Of a stretch of 64,000 bases of DNA, positions 48,201-60,300 are shown one piece after another (within the stretch, counting starts at the first letter, position 1; each line of letters opens with the position of its first letter). The stretch is from NCBI GenBank assembly GCA_002633005.1, contig NMRA01000220.1, positions 272,349 through 336,348 of the forward strand, read 5' to 3'. This DNA is from Phoronis australis. Its lineage: Eukaryota; Animalia; Phoronida. The notes beneath the pieces are model-generated. The model was not told where the DNA came from and searched no databases. It was given only the letters and a program-made list of their open reading frames with translations. Made by a program: the position numbers and the translations under genes.

Positions 48201-48589
48201 AAACAGGTGTGGATGCACCGGATGGGTTGGTCGCTGACTCAGCTAACAGCCAAAACAAGTTTCTATAAACACAAACAATTGGCTAGCAAAGAAATAATAT
48301 CAATAAGTAATAACACTATCAAACTAACATACTAAGAATTATATGTATCTTGAATGTCACAGATTTCATGACATCATGCGTTGTTAGCGAAAAAGGTCAC
48401 TCTATACCCTATATCACAGCCATTTCTGGAACACGTGGACGCCTTGATATTATGAGTGAATGCAACTGTGACAAATGTTCGTTCCTTTTACTCGAGCCTT
48501 TTTCCTATGAGGTGCAGAACGAACCTAAGAACCCTCTAAGACATGAACCTGGTTCGAGACAATAAATAACAAAGTATGCGTGGCAATAG

Positions 48590-48750
48590 GTTTGGACGGA
48601 CTTTCTGAGAGATGTGCGCAATTCAAGAAAGATGGCGCTGGGTTTACCAAATGGAGATGTGCACTGGCAATAGGTGACGACTGTCCTTCGTACCAAGCCA
48701 TGTGGGAGAACGCCAATGTCTTAGCCCGTTATGCAAGCATCAGCCAACAG
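48590..48750 (+). CDS. ALDO: Aldolase-like coding exon 3
   Basis: [24 protein letters not shown]...[15 protein letters not shown]; donor cag|gtaggt; the acceptor TAG lacks a pyrimidine tract. Confidence 0.93.
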
Positions 48751-49501
48751 GTAGGTATGATTCAAGAAGCCGAGACGACAATGCTTCGTGTTCAGCGGTC
48801 AGCGGGGATCGATGATTTTGCCAACTAGTCCAGTAGCCAGGAAGAAGCTCTTGGCAGCATATTTTGGTTGTTTCATGTCTAGGTGACCCTTAAATGTTTT
48901 AGCTGTACCTGAGCACTTTTATGTAAATTAAGGTCGCCATTGTGCGAAAATATATTTTTGCTTATAACTTCCTCACCAAGCACTGCTACATGTATGAGTT
49001 TAGTTTGATATTTAAACCAATGTTTCTATGGTCAGTGAATTAAATGGAGCTACTTCTGGATATACATGTAAGTAAGGTAGCAGGAACCACAGGTCAAAGT
49101 ATACTAATATCTGCACCCATGATTGTTTGAACAGTAAATTTATTGGAACTATTTTGAAAGTGGAAACATCGAAACTTGAATATGTTATGCAAACTGAGGC
49201 AGCCGTTTTTTAAAATTCTATTTGTCCTAATAACCGCACGTATCAGGCACCAGAGGTAAATTCGATATTTGCACCCGTGTTTTTGATCACTTAATGTAAA
49301 GAAATAAGTGCACAGGTTGATGCATGAAAAATTTCATATTTTGTGCAAGTAAGGGCGGCCTTATTTTAAGTTTTGTTTCTGCTCATAACTGTCTTACACT
49401 GCACTATAATGTGGTCTATCTTGATATTTTTGACCATGTTTTCGTAATCAATGTAATGAAATCAGTGGGTCATTACATCATGAATCAAGTTATACACAAC
49501 C

Positions 49502-49757
49502 CATGCGCGCACCCAGCCTAAAATATGGGAGGAGCTCGAATTTTTGGAATAGATCTCACTAAAAAAACGAGGTACGGCGTTCAGAGCTGTGAATTGAGCG
49601 TTTGCCGAAATTTGGTAGTTCCTGCCTTTCTACTGGACTTTTGTCGCGTTCTCTCGGACTTCTTGTTTCTCTGAAGAGGACCTTTTTGCCCACTTCGACA
49701 AATTGGGGGAGAGGGGGCTCGTTGGCGATCCCTCGAGCTCTTCTGGGTGCGCGCATG
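49502..49757. mobile_element. MITE with catgcgcgcaccc TIRs, 5-bp TSD CAACC
   Basis: caacc-catgcgcgcacccag ... ctgggtgcgcgcatg-caacc; second copy at 53849-54109. Confidence 0.85.
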
Positions 49758-49900
49758 CAACCTGACATATTTAAAGCATCATTTAATTAGCTTTGTAAAC
49801 ATTTGATTGCCGGAAAGTTGCCCTCGAAAGTTACTATAGGTATCATAAATACATATAGGTCTGTTTGTGTTGGCTCATTTTAGGTCGCGTGCATATTGTC

Positions 49901-51308
49901 AACTAGAAAGATTATTGTCACGGCGTGACAATAACGGACTCTGCGCGTGCGTATTACTGGAATTATTATGGGAAGTTACTGACAGCAACCTGTTTACCAA
50001 TATGAAAAGGAATTCTTTAAAATTGTAGGAGAAATTACATATTAATTTTTTGATGACCTTTCCACTAATTTACCTCTTCCGGTGCATTATGAGCCCCGAA
50101 GAAGGAGTAATTGTTAACTCGATTAAAAGTGTGGTTAATGCTAATAACCACAGATGTTTTACTTTAAGCACTTCAGAATACAAGACGAATGAAGTGGTCA
50201 AACTTTCAGAAGAAAAATGCACCTAATGACCCCATGAGTGCACCAAATGACCTGAAAATTTAGAATTCATACTCATCGCACTTAGTAAACAAATACCTAA
50301 TTCTGAAGTCTCTAGCTCAAATTTTTAGTTTGCACTCAATGACCTTTGACCTATTTTTTCTGATTGGTTAGACCTATTGCGAAGTAAAATAGGGTATTTA
50401 ATTGGCATGTTGACTTAAACCAGTGTGCTGAAATTGAAAAGAATTCCTTGAAAAACGTAAGAGATATAACATTTTGAACGTTACATGACCTTTGCACTAA
50501 TTGACCTTATCCGGTGCATTTTAAGCGTCTTTAGGAGAATTATTGCAAAGCCCATGGAAAATGTGTATAACGCTGAGAATCACAGTTGTCTAACGGTTGA
50601 CACATCAGAATATTTGCTGATTGAAAAGGTCAAAGTAATTTTTTAAATTGTCATGTTGACTTTTACCTGTGCACCGAATTTGACAAAGATAGCTTAAAAA
50701 CTGAAGGAGGAGTAGCATTTTGAAAATTATATGACCTTTGCACCAAACTACCTCTTCCGGTGCAATGTGGAAAATGATTATATAACCAATCAAAATTTAT
50801 ATACTGTCAAAAGTCATATTCTGAATTTAAAGACCGTACCTGTACCCAATTTGGAGTTATTAAGCCTCAAAGTTCGTCGGAAGAATAAGAATAAGAAGAA
50901 GAATAAAATTGAAGAAAACACAGGAACAACAGTACTCTGCGCTTACACGCGCAGAGTAATAAGAATAAGAATAAGAATAAGAATAAGAATGAAATTGAAG
51001 AAAACACAGGAACAACAGTACTCTGCGCTTACACGCGCAGAGTAATAAGAATATGAATAAGAATAAGAAGAATAAAATTGAAGAAAACCCAGGAACAACA
51101 GTACTCTGCGCTTACATGTACACGAGCAGAGTAATAAGAATAAGAATAAGAATAAGAATAAGAATAAGAATAAAATTGAAGAAAACACAGGAACAACAGT
51201 ACTCTGCGCTTACACGCGCAGAGTAATAAGAATAAGAATAAGAATAAGAAGAATAAAATTGAAGAAAACCCAGGAACAACAGTACTCTGCGCTTACACGC
51301 GCAGAGTA
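49901..51308 (-). mobile_element. Non-autonomous Helentron-type (HINE/DINE-1-like) element with a five-fold tandem 5' end
   Basis: On -, the start is a palindromic subterminal repeat (tactctgcgcgtgtaagcgcagagta) plus a (CTTATT)n microsatellite. The end has the matching subTIR (actctgcgcgtg on +, 49938-49949), the stem-loop ttattgtcac-ggc-gtgacaataa and CTAGTT. Internal tgacc(t)ttg repeats. Confidence 0.75.
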
Positions 51309-53848
51309 CATGTAATTACACTGCTCCGCGTGTCGTCGTCACAAATAAGACCTGGCTGCTGTAACTCTGTCCCAACCTTCACAAAACAGTTAAAACCAGG
51401 GCAGGGTTAGAACTTGAATTTTAAGCTGCATTTTGCCCTGTTTAGCTGACTAAAAACGAAAATCGAAGAAGTAGGCCCTTTTCTGTGGCATAAGTAGTTT
51501 TCATAAGCATTCCTTGCAGTGAGAGGATTCTATTTCGATTAACAACAAGACACCGTACACATTCCTTGTGACTTGAGTCCATATCGGAATAAAATCCTGT
51601 CACGCTGAGGAAAATATGAGACCGTATTTTTGTAAGAAGTATAAAACAGCTAAAATTGATAAAATTTAAGGATATTATGTAGGACGTTTCCGACTTCCAT
51701 GTGTATTTAGCGAATTATCTACAAAACTATATATAGATTTTTTCTAAGTAAATGTGTAATATGAAACTAAAAAGCCTTCGGAGTATGTTTTTTGTCTTTA
51801 TACCAATATACTATTATTTAGATCACGTGACAATGTCTTTTTAGTAAAATTGAACGAAAAGGTACATCCGTAGCAAAACACTGGTATCGCTAACATGACC
51901 AAATTTTGTTTGATGTACGGGTATGCAAAATGAAATTTCAAAAACTGTGTCACAGCTTTCTAAATCATAATTTCATTTTCGTGTTCTACAACTTTTGATT
52001 TTATTTATAAAAATCATAAAAGTGGAAACTTTTAAAAACAATTAAAACAGCGCTTTGGAGAACAGTTCATAGCGCATGGTGTCTGAAAGTTTCATTTGAA
52101 TCCACTCAGCCATTTCTGAGCTATAATGTCCAGAAATTTACCAAATGTGGCCATTTTCGATGTCCTATATAACAATAACTCCACATAACAATTATCGCAG
52201 TATCGAGGTAAACATTATGTATCTTATAAATTCATAGTATAATGTACTGCACTTTTTAATGTTACTAAGCCATGGAAAAGTTGAAAAATATCACAGTATT
52301 GTTCATAGATATATATCAGAAGCATTATATTATTGCATACTATTATACTGATGTTATCAGAATGAAACAGTTCTTGAAATCTAGTAGTTTCAAATCTCGT
52401 GTTAAAAGTTTTAGCTTTTAGTTGACTAAGTGTAATTGAGTTATCTACCGTGATGATTTTGCAGCTAACGTAAGCAAGGCGTGGAAATAATTCCACGATG
52501 GCACGTCTATACTCCAACTAACTCCCGTAAACTCCAGTTCAGGACCAGAAGACCCCTAACCCGTGATACCAATCCACACGTTTTCACCCCTGAACTCTAC
52601 ATGCGCACCGGAAAGGCTTCATACATGATGACCAAAGTCCATTGCCAAGGACTACATTCTATAACCATACCCCTAATTTGCAGCTAGAAGAACGGCATGG
52701 CTTTGGGATCAGGTCCCGTTACTTGGTCAATATGTATGGAGTTTTTTCGGTGCCTTAATCGAGTGTAGGGATTTGGTGACTGCTAATCCGGGACTGGAGT
52801 TTAGAGAATCGTAACTGGAACTTAGATGCGCTTGCACAGACAGTATTATCACCCCTCTATAATTACATGTAGTTGAACACTGTGCTTCGTGGAAATGCAT
52901 TTCATGAATCGTGGTTACCTTGTAATTAATTACAATTGTTAGATTCACGTGCATAACTTACATCTGGATTAATTGTATCTGTTGCGAGAGCATTCGACAC
53001 GAATAATGTCTACCCGTATTTGCATAAAGTATAAGTTATGCAAACTTTGATGTAAGGACTTGCAAACTGATTTCAATGAAGTCACTGACCACGAAAGCAT
53101 GTGTGCCAATATCCAGATGATCCTCATGTACATGGAGTGCCCCAGAAGATAGTTAGGAACTGGAACATAATTTTGGATAATGGTGGTCATCATTTGCATA
53201 AATTATGCAGATTTGTCATGTAACAGCTTTCAAACGGATTTCATTAAATTAATTGGTCATAGAAACATACGACAAGAAGTATTAATATTTACCTGTAGTG
53301 CTTTGTATCCCAGCTATAAGCCAAGCAGATTTTAAACAAAGACCTTAAATTGAGTGAATTATGCAAATTTACGATTTATCCACCTGTAACATATCTCTGT
53401 TGAATTCACTGACCTTAGAAATTAGGTAGAGCATCAAAATGATCTACCTATGGCGCTTGATAAGGAAGTCATAAACAAAAACAGAATTTTGCATCATGAC
53501 AGCCTCTTAGTTTGCATATTCAAAAAATGTTCCAGGTTTGTCAAGATTACCACCCAACTAAAATGCTTCATGGGAGCTACCTCGACATGAAACCATCAAA
53601 AAACCTAAAACTTCCAAGGTTGTCTTAGTACCCTATGGGTGGCTACAAGTCTAGACGGGGGTTCACTAATTACATTAGCGGCGTGTATTTTGGTGCTTTC
53701 CATTGAGGGGGTTTATCCCTCGCTGTTGTTTTTAATAGTCATTTTGTTTGGTTTTGACTTTCACGGGTATTCGCAGTCTTTGTGTTCACTAACTGGGAAT
53801 TTTGGAACATATAATCAAGCATCATTGTGTGTAAAACCTTATTAGAAA

Positions 53849-54109
53849 CATGCGCGCACCCAGCCTAAAAATGGGGGCTAAAATGTTTGAGAATGTGGAC
53901 ATTTTACTAAGACTCACGGGGTAAATTCAGAGCTATGAATTGTACATTCGCCGAATTTTGGTATCTGCTACCTTTTAGTGGACTTTTTATCGTTTTCTAC
54001 TTTTTTCGGAGTATTTGTTTCTCTGAGGCAGACCTTTTTGTCCACTTCGCTAAATGGGGGGTGGGAGGGGGCTCTTTCGAGCCTCCTGAGCCCCCCGGGT
54101 GCGCGCATG
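53849..54109. mobile_element. Second copy of the catgcgcgcaccc MITE
   Basis: catgcgcgcacccagcctaaaa...cccgggtgcgcgcatg; interior colinear with 49502-49757; gaaa on both flanks. Confidence 0.85.
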
Positions 54110-54709
54110 GAAATTTTCAAGTTTATTCCATGAGTTCTTTCAACCTACATGTATATTTTGTCGAAAATTGCAAGATGTATTATTGGAAAGTAGAAATCAG
54201 TTACGTAGATGCAGGAATGTTACGGAAAAAGCTGTAATTACGTTTGTAGCTTACAATGCATCACGATACTCTGGCCAAGTCGTGTGCGATCTTGCGTTTT
54301 AATATCCTCATGTCCCCGGGGTGCACGCCAGGATCTCGATGGACATACATGTACATGTACAAGGCGGTGACTGGACAGATGATAACCGTGATGGCCCTAT
54401 AAACTTGATGCCATTTGTTGGTTATCCCTAGCGCTGACCAGATTCAGCATGTCGCAACAGGGAGGCAATCACAATTTTTGCACGAAAAATGTTCGCGAGA
54501 TGCTTCAAATGTCGTGCCAACAGCGTTGTTTTTGGTCATGCCCTGAGAACCCCTTAGTCTATGCTAGATAAAGGGCGGGCTGTGGTGTGTGTGTGTAGAG
54601 TGGAATGAATGCCTTGGTACACTAATATGTTGTCGGGTAGTACATGTATTTGTCTCCATATATTTTACATTTCTTCAGTTTCACCACAATTTGTTCCCAT
54701 GACTTACAG

Positions 54710-55168
54710 AACGGTCTAGTCCCATTCGTTGAGCCTCAGGTTCTGATGGAAGGGCAACACGACCTTCAAACAGCGCAGAAAGTAACTGAGCAAGTTCTAT
54801 CACACGTGTATGAAGCGCTTAACCGACACCACGTCTATCTGGAAGGAAGTTTGCTAAAACCCAACATGGTCACCGCTGGGGACCGTTGCCCCACAAAGTA
54901 TTCTCCGCAGGAGGTGGCGCGTGCCACAGTAGAAGCCTGTCGCCGTACCGTTCCTGTCGCTGTGCCAGGTATTGCATTCTTGTCTGGCGGTCTATCCGAG
55001 GAAGACTCCACTACGTTTATGGAGGCCATCACCAAGGACCCGGGTCGTAAGCCGTGGGCGATGACGTTTTGCTTCGGTCGAGCCCTTCAGAAGTCAGTGT
55101 TGAAACTGTGGGGAGGTGAAGACAGGAACATTTCTGCTGCACAGACCCAGCTTCTAAAGCGGGCAAAG
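54710..55168 (+). CDS. ALDO: Aldolase-like coding exon 4 (contains the Schiff-base Lys)
   Basis: Acceptor ttacag|; [11 protein letters not shown]...[18 protein letters not shown]...[15 protein letters not shown]...[14 protein letters not shown]...LLKRAK; donor aag|gtaact. Confidence 0.96.
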
Positions 55169-56259
55169 GTAACTTAGCTGTAGTAGCGTTCCTATGATAT
55201 AGCTGCTTTTCTCCTAGGCAACACGTAACCCATTGGTTGGCCGGTTAGGGGCTACTCAATACTTCCCATCGCATTCTGTACGAATTTCGTGTATTTTAAA
55301 ACGGGCGGTAGGCCAAATCCGGTCACCGATTAGGAGTTTTACCTCATCAAAATACATTCCACACTTAAAACTATCACTTAAAAAGGCGCTTACTTTTTTC
55401 AGTGGTCATTTCTACTTCTACACAAAGTATTTCAACTGAGTCACGTGAGTTAGGCAAAGGCTAGCGCGAGACTGAGCAAATCTCGTGACGCTGGCGCATG
55501 ACACTTGCAAAATAGCATGGGAAGGTATCAGGTGAAATTTATAAGATTTTCTGTCCCTTGGACTTTTAATTCGTCAACATGCGCGATTTCACGTAACTTC
55601 CTCAAAATGGCACCCGGTAAGAGAAACTCGAGCAAACCCGCGACCGATTTTCATCGATTTGTTTAAATTATCTTGACTGGATCGTCTCCAGACTTATGGT
55701 ATGTGTTAATTATAATCCCATGTTCATATATGCATGTTTCATTTGATTTTATCTCCTGTACTTTGAAATTCGTAACTTTTTGTGGGGATGTACTATCGCA
55801 AGAGCCGCGATGTAATTGCCTACATTTCTCCCTGTTGAACAAGATGAAAAACGGAAAAAGTATTAAGCCTTTTTCTCTCATCATATTTTCCTCATATTGT
55901 TCCTCACCGTTGTACATGTAGGATTCTAATTCTTTCCCAACTCAAGTCACACGTAATACGCACATGCGCTGTTTTTGATTTTGGTTAGCCGACCCAAATT
56001 TGTACGTCGCTCATTGTCTCAACGTTCTTGTTGGTAACGGAAGTGGAATCATATCACAGTAAAGGATATTACGAGATCGATTTTGTGAGAGTATTTGGCC
56101 CAATTCTGTTCTCTTGTTTAGTCAAAAACACGATGGCAACTTTAAGTTTCATTTGTTGTCCTAAATATAGGATAGGCCAATTAAGGCATTTGCGAGTGTG
56201 GTATTGTCTGGGCAATATCTTATTTAATTTAGTCTTCTTTTCCAAGCTCATTTATTTGA

Positions 56260-57063
56260 CATTGTCATTGTCATTGTCTCAGGGACAGACATCACTGCAC
56301 ATTGGACAGGTCCACAAGTGCTCAGTCCTTCTCTGCAGCAGCCAAGAAAGAGTCGCACTGCTTATGGTTCCCATGTTGAGCTGGTTAATCCGATATCTAC
56401 TTTCTCCACGTAAGGTGGTTCTGATGCCGCTTCCTGTGACAACATGAAGCTCAGTTAGTCTTTGGTGCTTTCTGAGGGAGCCTCCACCTCCTGGTCTTTC
56501 AGTGCCATCAAAACATCCTTCTCGCTCCAAGTGACATCTTCCAAAAGTTATGCCTTTCCTGCCAGGTTATCTGCTCTTTCATTCCCCCGTCACTCCAGCA
56601 TGTCCAGGGGTAAACAACCACACCAGTTGTTTCAGCCTGCATCCTTCTATTGCTTCCTTCCATTCTGGTTTAATGAAGCCACTCTTGATTTTGCTTAGCA
56701 TGCTCTGCAAGTCCGTAGCAATCACTGCCCCTCTGTAGCTGGTGGTGCAGAGCCATCCGAGAGCTGCTGTGACTGCCTGCTCTTCCATCCGCTGGTTGTC
56801 ATCAAGTATGCACCACTTTGCTCTGCAGCACACCGACCTGCCACGCGTGCTGTGAATTCCCAGCCTGATTTGACACCCCTGACGACTAACCCATCCGTGA
56901 AGATAATGGCATCCGTTGGTTTACTGTTCTCTTCAATGAGTGCACAGACCTCAGTGTTCACAACTATTCCACTGCGTTCTCGGCATCCCCGCCAGTGTGA
57001 TGACAACCTTCGTGCAATTAGCCAATGTGTCCCTAATACGTGTAGGTATCCACTCTTTGAGAA
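56260..57063 (-). mobile_element. 5'-truncated non-LTR retrotransposon 3' end with a decayed RNase H domain
   Basis: Frameshifted IIFTDG...RMEEQAV...IATD.QS...WLFTPGHAGVTGNERAD (RNase H); C-terminal HLWTCPMC, stop, then a (GACAAT)3 tail; possible diverged TSD aagctcatttatttga (56244) / aaggtcattttaattga (57064). Confidence 0.85.
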
Positions 57064-57368
57064 AAGGTCATTTTAATTGAGAAGGTGTTAGTGGTCCCCG
57101 GTACCCAGTATGTAGGGAAAGACTGTTTCATTAATGGGGGTACCAATGATGGCGGGAGATACCAAATTGGAGATGACAGGGCGACCAAATTGCCGGGTGG
57201 CCGGAGATCGCGGGGCTTTAAATTGGTTGTGTTGACCGGGGGACACCAAACTGGAGCGATCGGGGAGATGCCATGGCGCCTGGAGCATTGACTTGTAAGG
57301 CGGGGGGGGGGGTTACAAAACTGTTGACTGTCGAGGGGCGGCGAAATTGGCGCTTTTGATGGAGAGTG

Positions 57369-60300
57369 ACAACGCTAGTACTGGCCAGACCTCAATGCTT
57401 TCCAAATGCATCAACATTTTGCTCTGGCACTTTCAGTTGATTCACATAGTTTTCTTCTTTTGCCAAACAACACAATGAAAGTAAAATTTGTCAAATACAA
57501 GGTAAATCGCGTCATTCACGATCATCGTTTGTCAGCCACGGCCGTACTGAGGTGCTGACGAGGCTCTAAAATCACCAGATATATTGACTATTTTCAAAAC
57601 AAATTTTGCATCCAAATACAGACTAATACACCAACAAGAAGACTTCCGCTTAAAATGCATGTTGCACGCGAAGTGTGTACTTCAGTTCAAAAATCCCAGT
57701 TTCGATTAGGAATTTTTCTGCGAGTACAGTGTTATTTCTTCGGCGCGAGTGTGTCGATGTCCATTTATTAACGTCCTTCTGTGTGTTTCAGATAAATGGT
57801 GCTGCGGTCATGGCGTAGGAAGAGGCTTACGTAAATGGCGTAGGAGAGGCTTACGTAAATGTGCATCCTGCGGCGAAGCTTCTCGCGTTTGAATCTGTGT
57901 GGAACTCAGAAATTTCATTACGCGGCTGATCCCGTTACGGGAAAGTGTGATTTATGCAAGATTTGGGGATTTGACACAGCTAGTGATTGCTGTAGTATTA
58001 TTGGTACCACGGCCTCAATAATAGTCATTTATTTCGATCACAAGTAATCTTGCAAGCCGTAAAACTGAAGAAAACAAAGAAGACGAAAAATAAATTAACA
58101 ATAATACTATTTTGATTCGATTGATCAGTCAATGGTTAGCACGCCTCATTCATCATATGTAGTGAAATAACGAAGTGCAAACGTTTGACAAAATACAAAC
58201 CGAGGTACCTGCCAACTACGTGCTTGGTCAACGGAAACTTGGGCCTTGGATGCAACTTCGGACCTGAAAACGGCAAATGGTTGGAATTTTTTCTCCCGAT
58301 CGAAAGACACGTTGGTTCAACTATATTTCTCTCGTGATCACAAATGATATTTGCGCCATCACATTGCGCTTTGCGCCATCACGTTGTTCATCAGTCAGTC
58401 TGCTTGCAATGAACACCACCAGCTTGAGCTGAAATTACGTAGGCCTACGTTCCTAATACAACACTCGAAATGTGCTCGCTCAAGAACAGAAAATTGAATT
58501 TCACGTGACTTAGCTCGACACTCGACAACAAAATGTCCGGTCACACCGCCCAAAATTGTGAAAGTTTACTAGAAGCGTTTGTGCCTGACCCTATTGGACG
58601 ATATTCGAGTGGTCTCAACAAAACTAAGGTGTCGGTCTCGGGAGCCTGTTGTAAAATCACAATTCCGCCAAATTTTACGTTTAAAAAGTTCTATGTGATT
58701 GAATTGAATGTACATGTAAGTATACAGGTTTGTTACGTAGATAGATGATGAGGCCCTCACGTACCGCTCGGCCGTATGAAAACGTGTGTATACATGTACA
58801 ACAATCAACACATGCATGTACATGTAGGAATATGCACAGATAATCCGACTATCATACATCAAGTATCCACTATCCAACCAACTACCGTTTTAATGAGCTG
58901 ATCAGTAATAGTGCAACTCACAGTCTCCGCAAATTCACGAGGACTCCGCAGGTGAAATGTCTGGGAGCCGAGTGATCGCCGAGAAGAACCTGTTAATAAC
59001 TTGAAAAAACATAGTTCGCGTGATGAAATAAACAAGAGGATATATGTACAGTACGGGGTATCATCTACTTCTTATCTCATTATTCATGAACCAGGTAGTC
59101 GAGTGAACTTTTCAAAAATTAATAAGTCCTCAAAAGCAACAAGTCATCCCTAGCTCTGTTTCGTTTTCTTTTTTGCCTGTACGCTAGCTGTTGGTTCCAC
59201 ATGCAGGCCCGTGGGAAGGTAAAAATTATTGGGGGAAGGGGGTACACACCAAGTCCTCTTCCCCAACTCACCTCCTTCCTATCGCCACTCCCCCCCCCCT
59301 TGTTCGCTGGATGTCACCGTATTTTTACTGACCCCCCTCGNNNNNNNNNNNNNNNNNNNNNNNNNNNNNNNNNNNNNNACAACGCTAGTACTGGCCAGAC
59401 CTCATTGCTTTCCAAATGCATCAACATTTTGCTCTGGCACTTTCAGTTGATTCACATAGTTTTCTTCTTTTGCCAAACAACACAATGAAAGTAAAATTTG
59501 TCAAATACAAGGTAAATCGCGTCATTCACGATCATCGTTTGTCAGTCACGGCCGTACTGAGGTGCTGACGAGGCTCTAAGATCACCAGATATATTGACTA
59601 TTTTCAAAACACATTTTGCATCCAAATACAGACTAATACACCAACAAGAAGACTTCCGCTTAAAATGCATGTGTGTACTTCAGTTCAAAAATCCCAGTTT
59701 CGATTAGGAATTTTTTTGCGAGTACAGTGTTATTTCTTCGGCGCGAGTGTGTCGATGTCCATTTAGTAACGCCCTTCTGTGTGTTTCAGATAAATGGTGC
59801 TGCGGTCATGGCGTAGGAGAGGCTTACGTAAATGTGCATCCTGCGGCGAAGCTTCTCGCGTTTGAATCTGTGTGGAACTCAGAAATTTCATTACGCGGCT
59901 GATCCCGTTACGGGAAAGTGTGATTTATGCAAGATTTGGGGGTTTGACACAGTTAGTGATTGCTGTAGTATTATTGGTACCCACGGCCTCAACAATAGTC
60001 ATTTATTTCGATCACAAGTAATCTTGCAACGCTAATTCAAGCCGTAAAAGTGAAGAAAACAAAGAAGACGAAAAATAAATTAACAATGATACTATTTTAA
60101 TTCGATTGATCAGTCAATGGTTAGCACGCCTCATTCATCATATGTAGTGAAATAACCGGAGAAGTGCAAAAGTTTGACAAAATACAAACCGAGGTACCTG
60201 CCAACTACGTGCTTGGTCAACGGAAACTTGGGCCTTGGATGCAACTTCGGACCTGAAAACGGCAAATGGTTGGAATTCTTTCTCCCGATCGAAAGACACG

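Noticed and set aside
50881-51308. CRISPR array
   Set aside because: The spacers are AATAAG microsatellite, the context is eukaryotic, and there are no cas genes; explained by a Helentron-type terminus.
57819-57930. Read-through or frameshift restoring the aldolase tail
   Set aside because: No downstream frame resembles the G-K-Y...Y C-terminus; in-frame read-through stops within a few codons.
59790-59816. Second terminal exon as a real alternative 3' end
   Set aside because: Part of a 2-kb duplicate that abuts the N gap on both sides; likely the other allele.
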